A stretch of DNA of 64,000 bases from Lytechinus pictus (GCF_037042905.1 NC_087255.1:21018001-21082000), one strand, 5' to 3'; shown: positions 12,647 through 26,753, counted from the stretch's first letter. Numbers and translations are program-made. The notes: generated from the letters alone by a model not told the origin.

Positions 12647-15600
12647 TGATCGAGGCTGTATTCCATTTTAATGGACGTTTCCTTATTATTGTTAGAACGG
12701 AAGGAAAGAAAATAATATAGGGCCTATAGGCCTATATGTATATGCGTATACATACCAGATGAAGGAAGGATATTTAAGAGGAAATTCCATGTCGACTTCC
12801 CCGCGTCTGTCTCAATGATCCTTTCCCCCCCAAAAAAAGAAAAAAAAAATGGAAAGCAAAAAGTACAAATGTTTTTTATAATGCACCACCGTCGCAGGCC
12901 GTGGTTGGCGTGGGTGGGGGCACGCACTCGTCACAGGGGCAACTTGCCCCTCCTCCATTGTGGGTAATCCACCGCTTTATGTTCTAACTAATCGAGAAAG
13001 TGCTGTCTACTATTTTTGTAATTATGCCTACTCATGCACTGGTCCTTTTGAAATGAATGATCAAAGTAAAGAACAATTGATTTTGTTCAAGTGCATATTA
13101 ACAAAATTAATTTGTAGGAAATTAGGAGACATTTTTTCAATGTACATGAAACCTATGTGTCCTTGTATGACGATGCATTTAAAAATAAATAATTTCTTTG
13201 GGTGTGTCCTATAGGCCAACACCAATATCGAAGGCGAAATGGGCGTTTATAAACACCAAAATCAAAAGGGGGAAGGGAGCAAAATAGGGAGTTGTTTACA
13301 TCGGGTGGGGCACATTATCATACAATTCGACTCATCAGCCGCAATATATGGTCATCTTGAATTGAATAACAAGACCTTGAGATTTGTTTAGCGTGAGTAT
13401 GAGTCATCATAAAACTCCAACATCACGGAAAGGGATGCCCTCTTCGTGCTATTAATAAGCGCTGACACATCGACCACCATTATTAGTCATACCAATACAA
13501 CCAGCCGTGTATAGCTAGGCGGCACGTTGAAAACAACAACAAAATGCACAGCTCTACACACACAGTGGATGTGTGTGTGTAGTAACCTTCGGTGCGCTTG
13601 GCCAAATTTCGTCTGGAAGCATACCATTTGATTTTGTTGCCTGTATAGGCTGTATTCTGTCTGCGGGCTATGCACTATGCGTGCAATACAATACCACATT
13701 CCTTCATAAATACACAATGGATGAAGAAAAAAAAACGGCACTCTTTGACATGTAGGGGTCTATGTACAGCAGCATAGTCTGGTCGCTGACGCGGCCAGTA
13801 TAGAGTAACTGAAGTTGAAGAAAATGTATTAACACCATTAATTTGGGGCATATATTCATTACAATTTACAAACATATATATCGCAATGCAAAATAGGCCG
13901 AAAGGTGTTGGAAACTCCTTACCAATCCCTGATTTAAACCTCGGATTTATTTTGTTGGGGTTTTGTCAATTGAAAAAAAATCTGAATACTAATAAAAACC
14001 TAGCGTAAGAATGTGTAACTAGCGTATCAAAATAGAGGCCTATGTAGTCTCCAATTAAATATTTGGCCGAGTATATCAATATTCCATGTGAACATATATG
14101 AACATGAACTAAATATTCCGGGTGTTTTCCCCACTATTATAGGAGCAATGAGGTTTAACATCCTTTTCACTTCATCATAAAGGTACCATTGATCATTCGT
14201 CATTATATTTATTTTCACTTCATGACGGAGTGTCATCTGCATGCCTTCGTATATGCGTCCTGAACCATTTCATTCTGAGAAGGCCTATATTCGAATTCTC
14301 TAAGGGCCAATTTTCAGGTTAATAATTGACCAATAAAAGAAAAAGAAGAGAAGATCTCCCTAATTATATATGCACGCCAATATTCACAGGCAGTGTGTGT
14401 ACTACGGTATTTCGTCTCGAGCAAATACAGTTTGTGTGTGCCTAACGTGTCAACGTACAATGTGATAGTCTACTTTCTGCGGACATGTTGTTATCAAGTT
14501 CTTTGAGTTCGCATATAAAATCATACAGCGGGAAAATTTGATCATTTGTATAATACAGATCACAGTCTATTGATATTAGATGAATATCAATGGCAAATCT
14601 ATAAACCTATCCAATCATAAATTAATATTTATAAATGTTTGATTTGATTTTGATATAGGCCCAAAGAATATTACAATTGATACACACTCATGAATGGTTT
14701 ATGTAAGTCTGAAATAATTCAAAGAATAATATTTGTTACATGTCAAAAGTGACATGCTGCGATTTTTAAAAGAAACTATCATAAATCTTTAAAATGAACA
14801 AACATTGTAAACTTCTATAATATAGTAAGTATATAGGCAAGGCATACTGAGGCAAGGCCTAAGCCCATATCAGACGTACTGAAGTCAAATATACTTTGCA
14901 ATTTACCATAAAATTCCCGATCAATTTTTTTTAAGGCTGTTCTTTTGCAAATAATCAGTGATGTCTTCGATTGAGAAGAGCTTTCCGTTCTCTTTCGTTA
15001 ACCCCCCCCCCCTTTTTTTTTTTATTCATGCACCTCCAGAAATTTTAACACCTCCACCATAGACCTATTAGAGCATAGCTCTATGCCTCCACTAATAATA
15101 TCCCATTTGACTATTAAAAAGGGACAAAGAAAAAAATCGGGATGTAGGTCTGTAACTGGAAAATGATTAGACGAATTGTTATGACTCTTGAATTTTTTTA
15201 AAGAAATGAAATACAATTGTATTCAATTAAAAAAAAATGATTGTCAAATGATACACTAAAAATGGAATGTGTAGATAGAAGTATGTTTGCAAAGACTAGC
15301 ATATCAGTTCAAAATGAGGACCGAGTGTGCATGCGGGGAATACCACCTGTCCCTGGGGGAATTGCATTACCCTTTGAATATTCTACACTCCTAATTATTT
15401 CAAGTGTCTCCCCCCGCATATATTTATGTGCATGGCTCGTGTTCAATCTAAAACATTACCCCCACACAAAATTGGACGTGAGCAATGCATGGGGAGGGTT
15501 CAGGACTGTCGAATATGGGGTTTCGAAAGACTCCCAACCGCGGTATTATAATTGGGTCCGGGAAGGAATATTCTGCAGGGTATGCGGTGGTATAATGTGA

Positions 15601-16386
15601 ACTTGAGGATGTATGACCTCTGGCATGCCAACGTGTCAAAGGAGTTGCATTGTGCTGCGCGCGCGAACGCGTTATGAATGCAAAACGAAAGTACCATAGA
15701 TGAAATACTCGATTGTATTATATGGTGGTTAGTCGTAATAATAAATTCAAGCGAAACTGAAATTGGAAATGAAATAATTAGCTTTAGGGGTTATAGGCGC
15801 GGGACGATTTTCCTTGCTATATGAAAACAAACGAGTCCGATGTATATGGGATGACATGTTCAATTTTACGACTCCGCTGCTTTCAATAGAAATCTGCTTT
15901 TCGGTATTTCATCAAGATTATTTCTGAACTTCACACCGGTCCTTAATCATAATCATAAATCATACCACACCGGCATAAGCTTATAACCAATAGAAGAGGA
16001 ATATGCCTATATAGCATACTGCCACGTCTATATTAAATGAAAGAGAAAATATCAACCGCATCTCTGGAATTTATCTGTTTTGGGATTGGAGTCGGTTTCA
16101 AGATTTTTTTGTTACTATCAGGCTTCCGAATTGGCTGTGAATATTGATGCGAGGTCATGTCACCGGTCGTATGTTTATTTGTAACTAAATTTAAAACTCA
16201 GTCACAAGGCTTGAAAATAAATCGAATTTGTTCAGGTTCGGGTCATTCTATTCACACCAGGTGTGGATTTATTTTAAATTGCTGAAATCTATATAAAAAT
16301 TACATAATCTATATTACATAATTCTTAAAACGAGACGCAAACCAGCGTGAAGGAATTCACAAAATGTGACATAAAGAAACATAACC

Positions 16387-16417
<31 letters not shown>

Positions 16418-17057
16418 GATTATATAGGCTTATATATGTACGTGATCATTCACGTGCCTATATTTCACCTGCACCTGTACTGTACTCATTTTTACCAGGA
16501 CCCGAGGAAGGGATGACTCATCAATCAAGGGAAAACACCCTGAAAATTTTCCATGCTTCATCAGCGGATGGACTGGGGTTCCCCCGCAGCCAGACGGCTT
16601 CTACTAATGCACCGGTATTGATCCAGCCTTTTTTTTTTCACATCCCTCGGTCTTCATGCATATGGAGTGTTCAGCGCATTGCATTTTGAATTGGTCATGA
16701 ATAAAGCGTATGGGTACATTAAAGGGAATAATGGAAATTTGCTTTAAAATTTTGTGCTAAGATGACTAAAATCTTCTTGGTATTTGACTCTTATCTGGAC
16801 AGCATATAGGCCATTAATGTAGGCCTACTATTTGTGGTTAAAATACCAATAGGTCTTATATAAGTCATGTATATAGATGTTCAATATCATTAATCGGTAC
16901 ATATACATTCGACTTATAAAATGTCAACGAATGCGAAATATGTAGTTTTCATCATCACAATGAAGTACATTAAATTTCCTGAAACATAAGAAAAATACAG
17001 ACTCAAATAAAATGTTGACTTTGTGAATTATTTTGGCTTATACCATTATTATGAAAT

Positions 17058-17134
17058 ACTACTACTACTAATAATAATATAGGGTATTTATATTGCGCAC
17101 ATATCCACCTTGTTAGGTGCTCAAGGCGCTCCTA
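17058..17134 (-). mobile_element. 3' part and (TTA)n/(TAG)n tail of a tRNA-derived SINE split by the CACTA-like insertion
   Basis: Simple-repeat tail followed by sequence that continues seamlessly at 34520 (…CAAGGCGCTCC-TA-TATTACCCGGCT…). Confidence 0.8.
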
Positions 17135-18212
17135 CACTCTAAAAAAAACCTCTTCATTTTTTAATAGAATCTATTCAGATTTGAATAGAAAACCTCTTCC
17201 GAGGGACACTTACAAGGTTCTCTTCAAAATGAAGAGGAAAATCTATTCAAATAAATGAATATGTATTCTATTCAAAGTTAAATAGTTTTCCTATTCAAGA
17301 ATGAATAGAATCCTATTAAAAATGAATAGAATCAGTTTCATCCTCTTGTTAAATTGGAATATACCCTATTCAAAGTTAAATAGTATTCCTATTCAAGAAT
17401 GAGTAGTCTTTCTATTCAAGAATGAATAGAATCCTGTTCAAAATGAATAGAATCATTGTCATACACACATAAAGAAAACAGGAGAATCATCAGTGTTAGC
17501 TTTCACATATAACACATTTTATTGCAACACCAAATTCAGGAATTGGTAACATTAACAATATAAAAAACATAACAAATTATAGAAAGGTATATTACATAAG
17601 TAAAAACAAAAGAAAGTCACATATTCACTATCAAGACATGATCTATGAACATTATGTTTATTATGTAGTGTAAGACAATAATTCCTGCACAGTAGTCATG
17701 GGATGATAAGTTGAAGTTATCCAATTTTAAAAAGTTTTTTCTGTAAATGATAAAACTTCAAGCATCCCCCCCCCCCCTCAGGTTCATTTCTATATATGAC
17801 GAAAGAGCTCTGTTTGATAACACTATACCCCTCTTCTCCAAGTACGAAAACCCTACTGCCCCAGGCATGCAATGTAAGTATCAAAACACCTGTTTCTTGA
17901 CCTCGGTCCGAAGATAACACAACAGCCCGAGTGCGGTCCGGGAAAACATGTCGCCATTTTTTATTCACTTACTTTCCTTATTTCGAGGTTGATTTTCTTT
18001 GTTCGAAACTGAAAATGGGCTAGCATTGAATTTCTGAATACAATATGCCTTTGAAAACGTGATTAAATATCGAATACAATAATTTAATTCCGAAGGTCCT
18101 TCTACAGGCAGAGAAGACTTACGTAATAGCACAGCTGTTGTTATCATTTCGTCCTTGGCTCAACGCTCATAATCTGGCCTGTGGGGATTACCTGGCCAAG
18201 CGGGGTGATCAG

Positions 18213-18349
18213 GCGGGTGTTTCATAAAGCTGTTCGTAAGTTAAGAGCGACTGGTGATCATGTCTTGCGGTAAATGGTACAATTGGCGATGATCACCAGT
18301 CGTTGTTAAAGTCGCTCTTAACTTACGAACAGCTTTATGAAACGACCCC
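18213..18349. mobile_element. Palindromic Harbinger-like MITE, CAG TSD (half copy at about 28755-28816)
   Basis: Long TIR GTTTCATAAAGCTGTTCGTAAGTTAAGAGCGACT; CAG at 18210-12 and 18350-52. Confidence 0.85.
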
Positions 18350-18657
18350 CAGGGCTTGGAAATGATGTTTTAGATTTTCAAACGCAAAATGGGGTGAAAT
18401 ACCGCAGTTTGCAATCCGAACTGCGGTCCGTTCCCAAACGGGGGTAAGACGTAATTGGCAATAGACATCCTGATAGCATACATGTAAGAACATGCAGCTC
18501 AGATTTTTAAAATTGAACACCATGTTGACCAATGCCTTTAAGCCATTGTAAAGCTTTCTCATAGTAAGAATTGTTTCCACAAAAATAGGGTTTGCAATTC
18601 TCGAGCTACATCTGGTATACAAAGCATTCACAGCTCTAGGTTAACATCTCCTTTTAA

Positions 18658-19252
18658 AGGGCAAGTCGACCCCAACAAAAAGTTCATTTGAATCAAAAGA
18701 AAAAAAATTAAACAAGCATAACGCTGAAAATTTCATCAAAATCAGATTTGAAATAAAAAAGTTATGAAATTTTAAAGTTTGCTTAATTTCACAAAACAGT
18801 TATATGCACATCCTGGTCAGCATGGACCGATGACGTCACCCACTCACTATTTCTTTTGTATTTTATTATATGAAATATAGAATATTTTCAAATTTTGTAG
18901 TTTTGTCAATAAGGGAGCTCTTTGTTTAATTGCAGTATGTTGCAGAAGTGGATTCCCCACATGTAGGAAGGAGTCAAGCCCTTTTAAAACTTGTAATATA
19001 GAAAAAAATTACGATATTTCATATTTCATATAATAAAAATACAAAAGAAATAGCGAGTGGATGACCACATCAGTTCCCTCATTTGCATACTGACCAGGAT
19101 GTGCATATAACTGTTTTGTGAAATTATGCGAAACTTTAAAATGTCATAACTTTCTTATTTTAAATCCAATGTTGATGAAATTTTCAGCGTTATGCTGGTT
19201 TGATATTTCTCTTTTTATTCAAATCATCTTTTTGTTGTGGTGGACTTGCCCT
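18658..19252. mobile_element. Kolobok-like MITE, TTAA TSD (copy 1)
   Basis: TTAA|AGGGCAAGTC...GACTTGCCCT|TTAA; long imperfect TIRs; homologous to 37582-38158 and 45705-46297. Confidence 0.85.
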
Positions 19253-21401
19253 TTAAGGACAAAGGAATAGGTTGTATAAAGTTACATGCTTGAGATTAGC
19301 TAAAACCAGATTTTGCATTTTTTAAATGTTAAAATGATAAATTTTAATGTTAAAATTTTAAAATTTTTTAAATGTTAAAATGTTAAAAGTTTGAGATATT
19401 TTTTTCTGAGGCGGCGACAAAATCGAACGGTTTCTCTGGTTTGAGTCCTGATTTACTGGCATTCAACAGCTGCATTTTTAAAAGTGTCTTTAAATTTAGA
19501 ATTTATGGTTTCTCTTTGGTGTGAGCAATACAAACTTTCAATTGCCATCCTGAGAAATTTGTAATCTACTTCTCATGAAGAACCCATCCAGGGTTGTTTG
19601 ATTTAAATCATGTCGATTTAAATCATGATTTAAATCATGTGAGTTTTTCAAAAAAAATCACTGATTTGGCCTGAATATGAATATCAATGTCATTTTTAGG
19701 TTTTCAGATAATTTGCTTTAAGATGCATATCTCATTTTTCTAAAAAAAAAGAGGTGATATTTTGAGACAGCGCATAAAACATGCTAAATTTTTGTTTTGG
19801 TTGCCCTACCTCCTTAAAAATACAACTTGAATGACTTACCCACTTGACTTCACAAGTAGGGGTTTGGGTGCAAGAACATTATTGCACAAGAAAATTGTTG
19901 ACATTTGTGATTGATTTTCACCCTTAATTCACTGAACTTGACCAATCTGAAAAAAAAAAATCTGTATCTATACATCTGTACAACAATTTCAAGCAATATT
20001 GTGAGATTTTTAGAAAACAAAAATTTCTTTTGAACTTGCCAGTTATGAGAATGGTCCAATACTCGCTTCTTTAATACTTCCAGCCCAATTTTCAAATGAA
20101 AACAAGTTTTGTCTACTTATGCTGGTAAACAAAACTTGTTACTTTTGGTTGCATTCTTTCTTTAAATGTTGGCATTTGCACAATGTGCTTGCCTCCACAT
20201 TTCTCTCTGTTATTTCATGTTATTTACCTATTTATGATAAATACTTCTAAAGCTACAAAAACCCTAACACATATATACAACCCAGTAGGCTACGCACTTT
20301 AACCTCTTTACCTTGTTTCTATATATAGGCTGTTATTGCTGGCACTGAGGTACCGCTGTCTTTTCCCTGCCCAGTAAAAAATCCCAAACATGTTGGCACT
20401 GACAAGCATCAGTTTTTAAAAGATAAATCACATAAATGTGTTGCGAAAAGATATGCCTTCCTACACTTTTTATAATCTTATATCCGAGTAGATATTCATA
20501 CGTAGTGATATTTAACATAATACGAAGTTTGAACTTCAACACTAGTTAATAAGTTTTACGCTAATCTTCTGCAGACAGAGGTGCTGTGATACCTGTCTAC
20601 AACTGGTATGACATCATACAAAAAACAATATGTACATCTTTTCAATTTTCTTTTACCCAAGGGGCCAGGTGGAGCAACATTGTAATGTTTTCATGATGTA
20701 ATCTTTTATGATGTTATACCAGATGAGGTTGCCGTTTTTAGACAGGTATCACTGCGCTAATATGTTGGACTAGTGAAAATGTTCCAGGTGAGCGTAGTAC
20801 TTATGTAGTACTTGTTGAAGTTTAAACTTTCATCAGGCTTTTTCATTTGAGGCGTACAAGTTCGATAGCACACCTAAAATAGTCTTGAGGTGTGCGATTT
20901 TCAGCACACCTAAATTTGGTAAAATTATACACAGTTAGATACAAAATGCACACCTACAGCATACCTGAATATATTGAGAAGTAGTGTTTGTAGCACAACA
21001 TTCATTTCTCAAAAGAAAAAGCCTACTTTCATATCATTCTTCTACTTTGTTTTCTACAAGACGCGTTACTGCTGGCATTGAGGTACCTCTGCCTTTCCCC
21101 TGCCACAGTGTGTATACATTCGTTTGCAATTAAGAAATCCCAAACATTATGGCACTGAAATTAAAATTAGACAAATCAATGCACTCCTACTTTGATGTTG
21201 GTTGTAATTGCTGTCTGGTTAAGAAAGTATCAACAAATCACTAACTGTGAGTGCATGGATTTGTCTTCACAAATGATGCAAGTTATTTACCTATCAAAGA
21301 TTACCACTTCTTAAAGCTACAAAAATCAGAACACTATAGGTACATCCATTAGGCTTAAATACACCAATTCACCTAAATGTGTTGTACAAACATATGCCTC
21401 C

Positions 21402-21728
21402 CTAAACTTCTTTTACCTTGTTTTCTAGATAGGTTTTGAGAAGTGTTACTGCTGGAACTGAGGTACCTCTACCTTTCACCTGCCCAAGTTTGTAAACATT
21501 CTTCTGCAGAAAGTCCCAAACATGTTGACATTGCCAAGCATAATCCATATCAAGGATATACACTAGTTTCATGCATATATCAATTCCTTTCAGGAGACTT
21601 GTACATGGGATGGTGCTATTTTCCACAACAACAAACACTTGTTCTGGTTTGTCAATTTCACCTTGAATTAACACAAACGGTTGTGTTTGAGTCTTCTGGT
21701 CCAAGAAGCCTGGTATGTTTGTACCAAT
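21402..21728 (-). CDS. Transposon gene terminal exon G (IGTNIPGFLDQ...QPFVLIQG...GIDICMKLVYILDMDYAWQCQHVWDFLQKNVY...KVKEV*)
   Basis: catatgcag| acceptor; 109 codons to TAG; corresponds to ORF 21402..21785. Confidence 0.82.
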   Translation of the reverse strand: MGTNIPGFLDQKTQTQPFVLIQGEIDKPEQVFVVVENSTIPCTSLLKGIDICMKLVYILDMDYAWQCQHVWDFLQKNVYKLGQVKGRGTSVPAVTLLKTYLENKVKEV

Positions 21729-22075
21729 CTGCATATGAAATACAAATAAAATTGGTGACAAGTGAGATAGCAGAACCATCCACAAATGAAGGAGGGAATA
21801 TTTAGTGCATCATTTCAATCTTAGTAAAACAGGCAAATGTAGTGAGGGTTGTGAAGCGGAGGGCTATACTGAATGCCAGACTAAGTTCTGATAAATGCAG
21901 GGAAATACAGCCAGCAGCTATACATGCCAATATTCGTTGAACTCAATTCTCACTGAAACATATTTTCCTCCAGAACAGTTTTCAAAGAAATTTTTTTAAA
22001 AATTAATTTCTCAGGTTTTTTAGTAATCACTACGGAACAGTACTATCATTTGTAATGTACGTCCATCCATTATGA

Positions 22076-22313
22076 CAGGCGCGGATACGGGGGGGGGGGG
22101 GGGGCGAGCGGGGGAAAAAAGGGAGTGATAACCTTTTTTTTTTTCTTGTAAGATTTCAAAAAGGAGTAATAAAGACTTTTTTTTTTGCTTGTCAGATTTC
22201 AAAAAGGAGTGATAAGCTTTTTCTTTCTTTTTTTTTTGCTTGTCGGGTTTCAAATTATTGTCAGAAAATTTTCCCAGTTTGAACCCCCCCCAGAAATCCT
22301 GGATCCGCGCCTG
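22076..22313. mobile_element. hAT-like MITE in an intron of the transposon gene
   Basis: TIR CAGGCGCGGAT / ATCCGCGCCTG; TSD CATTATGA / CGTTATGA. Confidence 0.85.
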
Positions 22314-23242
22314 CGTTATGAGACGATATATGACAGGCAAAACAATTAATTCTATCTTTTATTCTCATTCTCAGTCACAAATTTGAGTAATTTTCAAACC
22401 AAAGATGATGTCAACACCCCCCCCCAAAAAAAAAAAACATTTTTATTTAAAAATGTACACCCCTATTCAAACATACAATATTCCAAACCAAGTAGAGCAG
22501 TTCGCGTTTAGTTATAATGTGTAGCTTCACTGTGTTGACCGCTAAATGCACTGTCATATATTGTCTCATAATGGATAGCTTCATATTCCTATAGGATTAC
22601 AAACGCACTCATTTACTAGGAATAATAATTAAGGCTGATTTACAGAGCAAAACCTTTTCAAACATTGACAGGTTGACACCAGCCTTAAAACTGATTATTT
22701 TTTCTGTGAAGATTCAAAATAAACACGTCTGTTTGCAGATTTTTCTGACGGATCCACGTTTTCAAATGTCAAATTTTGGGGGTTAAAAAAGACGAAAATT
22801 CACCCACACACACACACTATGCGTCTCAGACGTGTAAATACCCTTGCTGCCACAATTGCTTAGTTTTTGTGTCATATAGCTGATTTAACTGACTCAAACT
22901 TATAGAGCACTATAGCGGGCTTGTCAAATTATTTAAATTTTACTATAAAAAATTCCATCCAGAAAGGAGTTTACTGCAGTTTCTTTCACAAAATGTCATA
23001 TTTTTGTCTAGGCTTTCATGGAGTCATAGGAGTGCCCCAGATATACTGTAGGAGAGCCGTTTTCTACTTTTTGCCCAGGTGCTACAACCCTTTGCAATGA
23101 GCCACTGTGTGTTTTATGTAATATCACTAAAATAATCTCAGTCCTGTCCTTTTAATAGCAGGCTCTGGGTATTTGTTTAATTTCTGCTTGATCTGTCTGA
23201 AACAGTGTGTGCCAAATAGTAAAAATAAAATTTGTTCCTCAC

Positions 23243-23377
23243 CTCTTTGCGCTGCACGAATGCCTTGCGGGCTTCATCCATCGTTGAAGAACCACTTCTC
23301 CCTTTTGCCCCTTTCTAGCTTTCCCGGTGGAAACAGCATAGGCAACACCTGCAGAGATAAGTTTACCTCCTGTTCAT
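23243..23377 (-). CDS. Transposon gene exon F (DEQEVNLSLQVLPMLFPPGKLERGKR / frameshift / SGSSTMDEARKAFVQRKE)
   Basis: gtttcag| ... GAG|gtgagg; 135 bp. One extra base near AAAAGGGAGAAG (about 23296-23312) leads to an in-frame TGA, and removing it restores phase 0 with exon G. Confidence 0.65.
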
Positions 23378-24864
23378 CTGAAACATAGGAGACAAGATAC
23401 AACTACATTTGTAAGTTTCTAAATTATAGTTCTTCCAAATGTTTATTTTCTCTCAAACTCACATCAAAGTCACATCTGTACAAGAACAATTTATGCCGCA
23501 GCATAGCAAGAGTAAATTGCTCATCAACCAGTTATGGGAGCGTGTTGTGAATCAAACAAGTGCATATGAAAGCGCGTACAGACGCCGCAAACGTGACATG
23601 ATAGCAACGGCAAAAACACCTGCAGAGAAGTAAACTCCAGGACAGACTAAGATTAATTTGTGCTCATTTTATCACATCTAACCTGAGATTAAAGTTAAGT
23701 ACAGATGTGCAGCCCGAACACCCAAAATTTCCAACAACCACCCTTTGATGAGTAAACCTAAGAAGATGCAAATTTGCAACCCATGTGTTAACCATTTACT
23801 TTTGTTGCTTTTGGAAGGGGCCTTTTTAAAACTAATCAGTGTTTTTTAATACCAAGTAAATTGGAATGCAAATAAGTACTTTTTGACAATATATCGGTAA
23901 ACCAAAGAAAAATTCCTCAAAAATTAATATGTACACCAATTTTTAAAAAAGGGGCCATAGGTAAACAAGAGAGGCCAAAAAGGACCCTATTCGGGCCACA
24001 CATCCCCGTACCCACCCTTTTACTAAGACCCCCTTCCCAGCATCAAACACGGGCTTTGTCCTCCATTCATATCACACAATTTCAAATTGGAGATAAAGAG
24101 GTGGTTATCAAATACGACTCAACACCAGTGAATGAGACTATAATATCATTGGTTATATTATAGTCTTAGGTGGGTGAGAATGATGTTGGCAGAGGTCAAA
24201 TTAGAGTTATCTTGAAATAGCAAATTTTTTACAAAAATTTTCATCCTTCAATACTAAAATCACTGTACATGTCAGTAGCATAAATTTAAGATCCCAATAT
24301 TGGCGTAGAGATGATAAAAATCGATCTGCATGTCAAATTTTGATGAAAATGACTTTAAAAAAGATTTTGTTGTTGCTAATTAATTCAGATTTTGTTCTGA
24401 CAAACTTTTGCATTTCAATTTGCAAATATTATGTCCTACATGTACAATGAACTTACTGAACCTTGCAACTTACATGAACATGATCTGTAATCTTGTATTG
24501 AAAGCAATTAATGTATTTATGCTCTCCTGAACATTTCACTTTTTTGTTGAGATATAAGGCTTTTATCATCTCAGCAATGATATGATGAAGGAAGCAAGTT
24601 TTCGTACGACAAAGTAAATGAATTAATAATAATATTCATATTTAAAAGAAACAAATACTTTTCCAGACATATTTGTAGTTTATTACTATTACTGCAAATT
24701 GTAAAAAATGTTGGTATAGTTCACATCGCTCTAATTAATTAACATTAACATTAATCCCACTTACTGAAATGGGACAATCATAGTCTGGATTATCAGGTTT
24801 TCACCAAGCTATTATAATACATACATGTAGAATGGATTTCAAATTGCATATTCACTACTGTAGG

Positions 24865-25008
24865 CAGGGCCTTAGTTAGAATTTTGGAGTTGCCCCTCAT
24901 TTTTGAAAGAGTGCCTGTCCAAAATGGGCTGAATTTGTATAAAATGTTCATTACTTGCCCGTCAAAAAGGGAAGTTACCTGTCAAAGTGACGGGCATGGC
25001 ATGGCCTG
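24865..25008. mobile_element. hAT-like MITE, 8-bp TSD
   Basis: ACTGTAGG duplicated at 24857-64 and 25009-16; CAGG..CCTG ends. Confidence 0.75.
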
Positions 25009-25059
25009 ACTGTAGGTTTGAAAGAAGAGTGAAGCTGTTAGACATAAGCACCATTTTAC

Positions 25060-25207
25060 CTGTTTCAACAGCACCTTTGAAGTTAAGGTATAGCCTCCAA
25101 TCCACCTGCTTTTCAGCATAGTTCAGGACATGTCTGCAAAATTTCGGCCATGTGAGGAATAACTTATCTGCTGATTGTGGGAAAAGAATTCGGAAATCCT
25201 GGTCAAC
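25060..25207 (-). CDS. Transposon gene exon E (VDQDFRILFPQSADKLFLTWPKFCRHVLNYAEKQVDWRLYLNFKGAVET)
   Basis: ttatacag| ... CAG|gtaaaa; 148 bp, phase 0 to 1. Confidence 0.8.
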
Positions 25208-25683
25208 CTGTATAAAGACAAAGTTAAAATCGAATAGTTTTATGTTTTGTCATTAGTATAAAGAAAACCTGTTTTGTACATTCTATTTGCTCTATTAAAG
25301 TGGAAACTACAAGAATTACATATACATAAAATTGAATAATTTACTAAGCTGACTGGTCAAAAAATGGCTCTGCAAAAAATTTGAACGCAGGGAGCTAAAA
25401 AGTGTATAAGTTGTGAACTGTGAGAGCTGTGATATTTTGCCACCCTATGTAGACACCCCTATTTTTTTCACATCACATTACAGAACTGTGCCATCGTCTT
25501 AGAAATGCAAGCTGGCCTGAAGGAAAAACCTGAAAATGTGAATGAATCTGGGCTTTTAAAAGCCTTCAAAACGGGCTGAAATTAGATAAAAGTGCAAGAT
25601 CAAGCTGGAAATCATAAATTAAAAAAGCAGGAATTACTGCAAAAGCAGGAAGACTTTACTAGTCAGTACCATTGAAAACTTAC

Positions 25684-25868
25684 CATTCCTTCTGTGTCAA
25701 TTAAACGTGGAAACAACAGTAAAAGCTCTTGCACAGGTTTGTCCTTATTGTCTCTAATGTAGCCTGCCCTCGCCTTACAGGTATCCCTCATCCATGATCG
25801 AACTTGTTGCCTTGGCTCTTTGTGGTCCTGAAGCCACTTTATTTTTGCATCTACTTCCTCATCTCTAT
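25684..25868 (-). CDS. Transposon gene exon D (DRDEEVDAKIKWLQDHKEPRQQVRSWMRDTCKARAGYI...LLLFPRLIDTEGM)
   Basis: atttag| ... ATG|gtaagt; 185 bp, phase 1 to 0. Confidence 0.8.
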
Positions 25869-26753
25869 CTAAATATGCAAATAAATTCAGGGAGTTAATG
25901 CATTATGCCTTTTTAGTTTATTTATAAGTCATGACAGTCACAAGCAAATGTTCCATTTCACCTGATGACAGTAAAAAATTAACACAAGAAATAAAACATG
26001 TGGGCAGGCTGTGACAATTGGTTGCCTGATTGCCCTGGGCAATCATTTTTTGGTTTGGGCAACAATGATTAATATCAAATCGTAAGTTAGCTTGCATCAA
26101 TGTTATCACTTAAGTTACACACATCCAAAAATTATACATGTCTTAAATAGTTACAAACCATAAACATATTCTGACTTTTAACTTTGCACAGACCGTTTTG
26201 TTATGCGGCTTGTTAGCAAGGTCAAGCAGTTTTAAGGCCAAGCTTGCCTGACCAGGCAATCAAGTGAAGAAAAAATCGTCGCAGCCTGCATGATGCACGC
26301 TCAACCCCCAGGCTCATACACTGTAATGTGCATGGTGCTGAATAGATGAAGCATGTGAAGCCTTAAAGCACTAGGAGTTTATTTGTTAAGATGTCAAGAA
26401 TTAACCACTTCCCTGAATATTTCTTGACTGATTTCACTATTTTGTACAAACAAAAAGGGTACAGAAAAAAAGGAAGGAACTTGTGGCGCAGATCTCCAAA
26501 ATATCATTCAGATCGATACGAAAAATTGCCTCATTTTCGTTACAGCGCAACTAATTTGTATATTCAGATGTCGCTTGAATGTGTCAGCATGATTGCTTAA
26601 ACCCACTTTTTAAAAGACACTATACACATGCATGGGTATTATTTGAGACTAATTCTGTGTATGCTTCCCTGGCAGACACAAATACCCCTATTAGATCTCC
26701 ATGACCAATTAACTAAGGTTATGTAATGTTCAGTTGTTATATTTCTTCCTTAC

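Noticed and set aside
17717-18631. Minus-strand ORFs near the left TIR as possible transposase remnants
   Set aside because: No DDE/EnSpm motifs recognised and the region is interrupted by a MITE; an HMM search is needed to exclude it fully.
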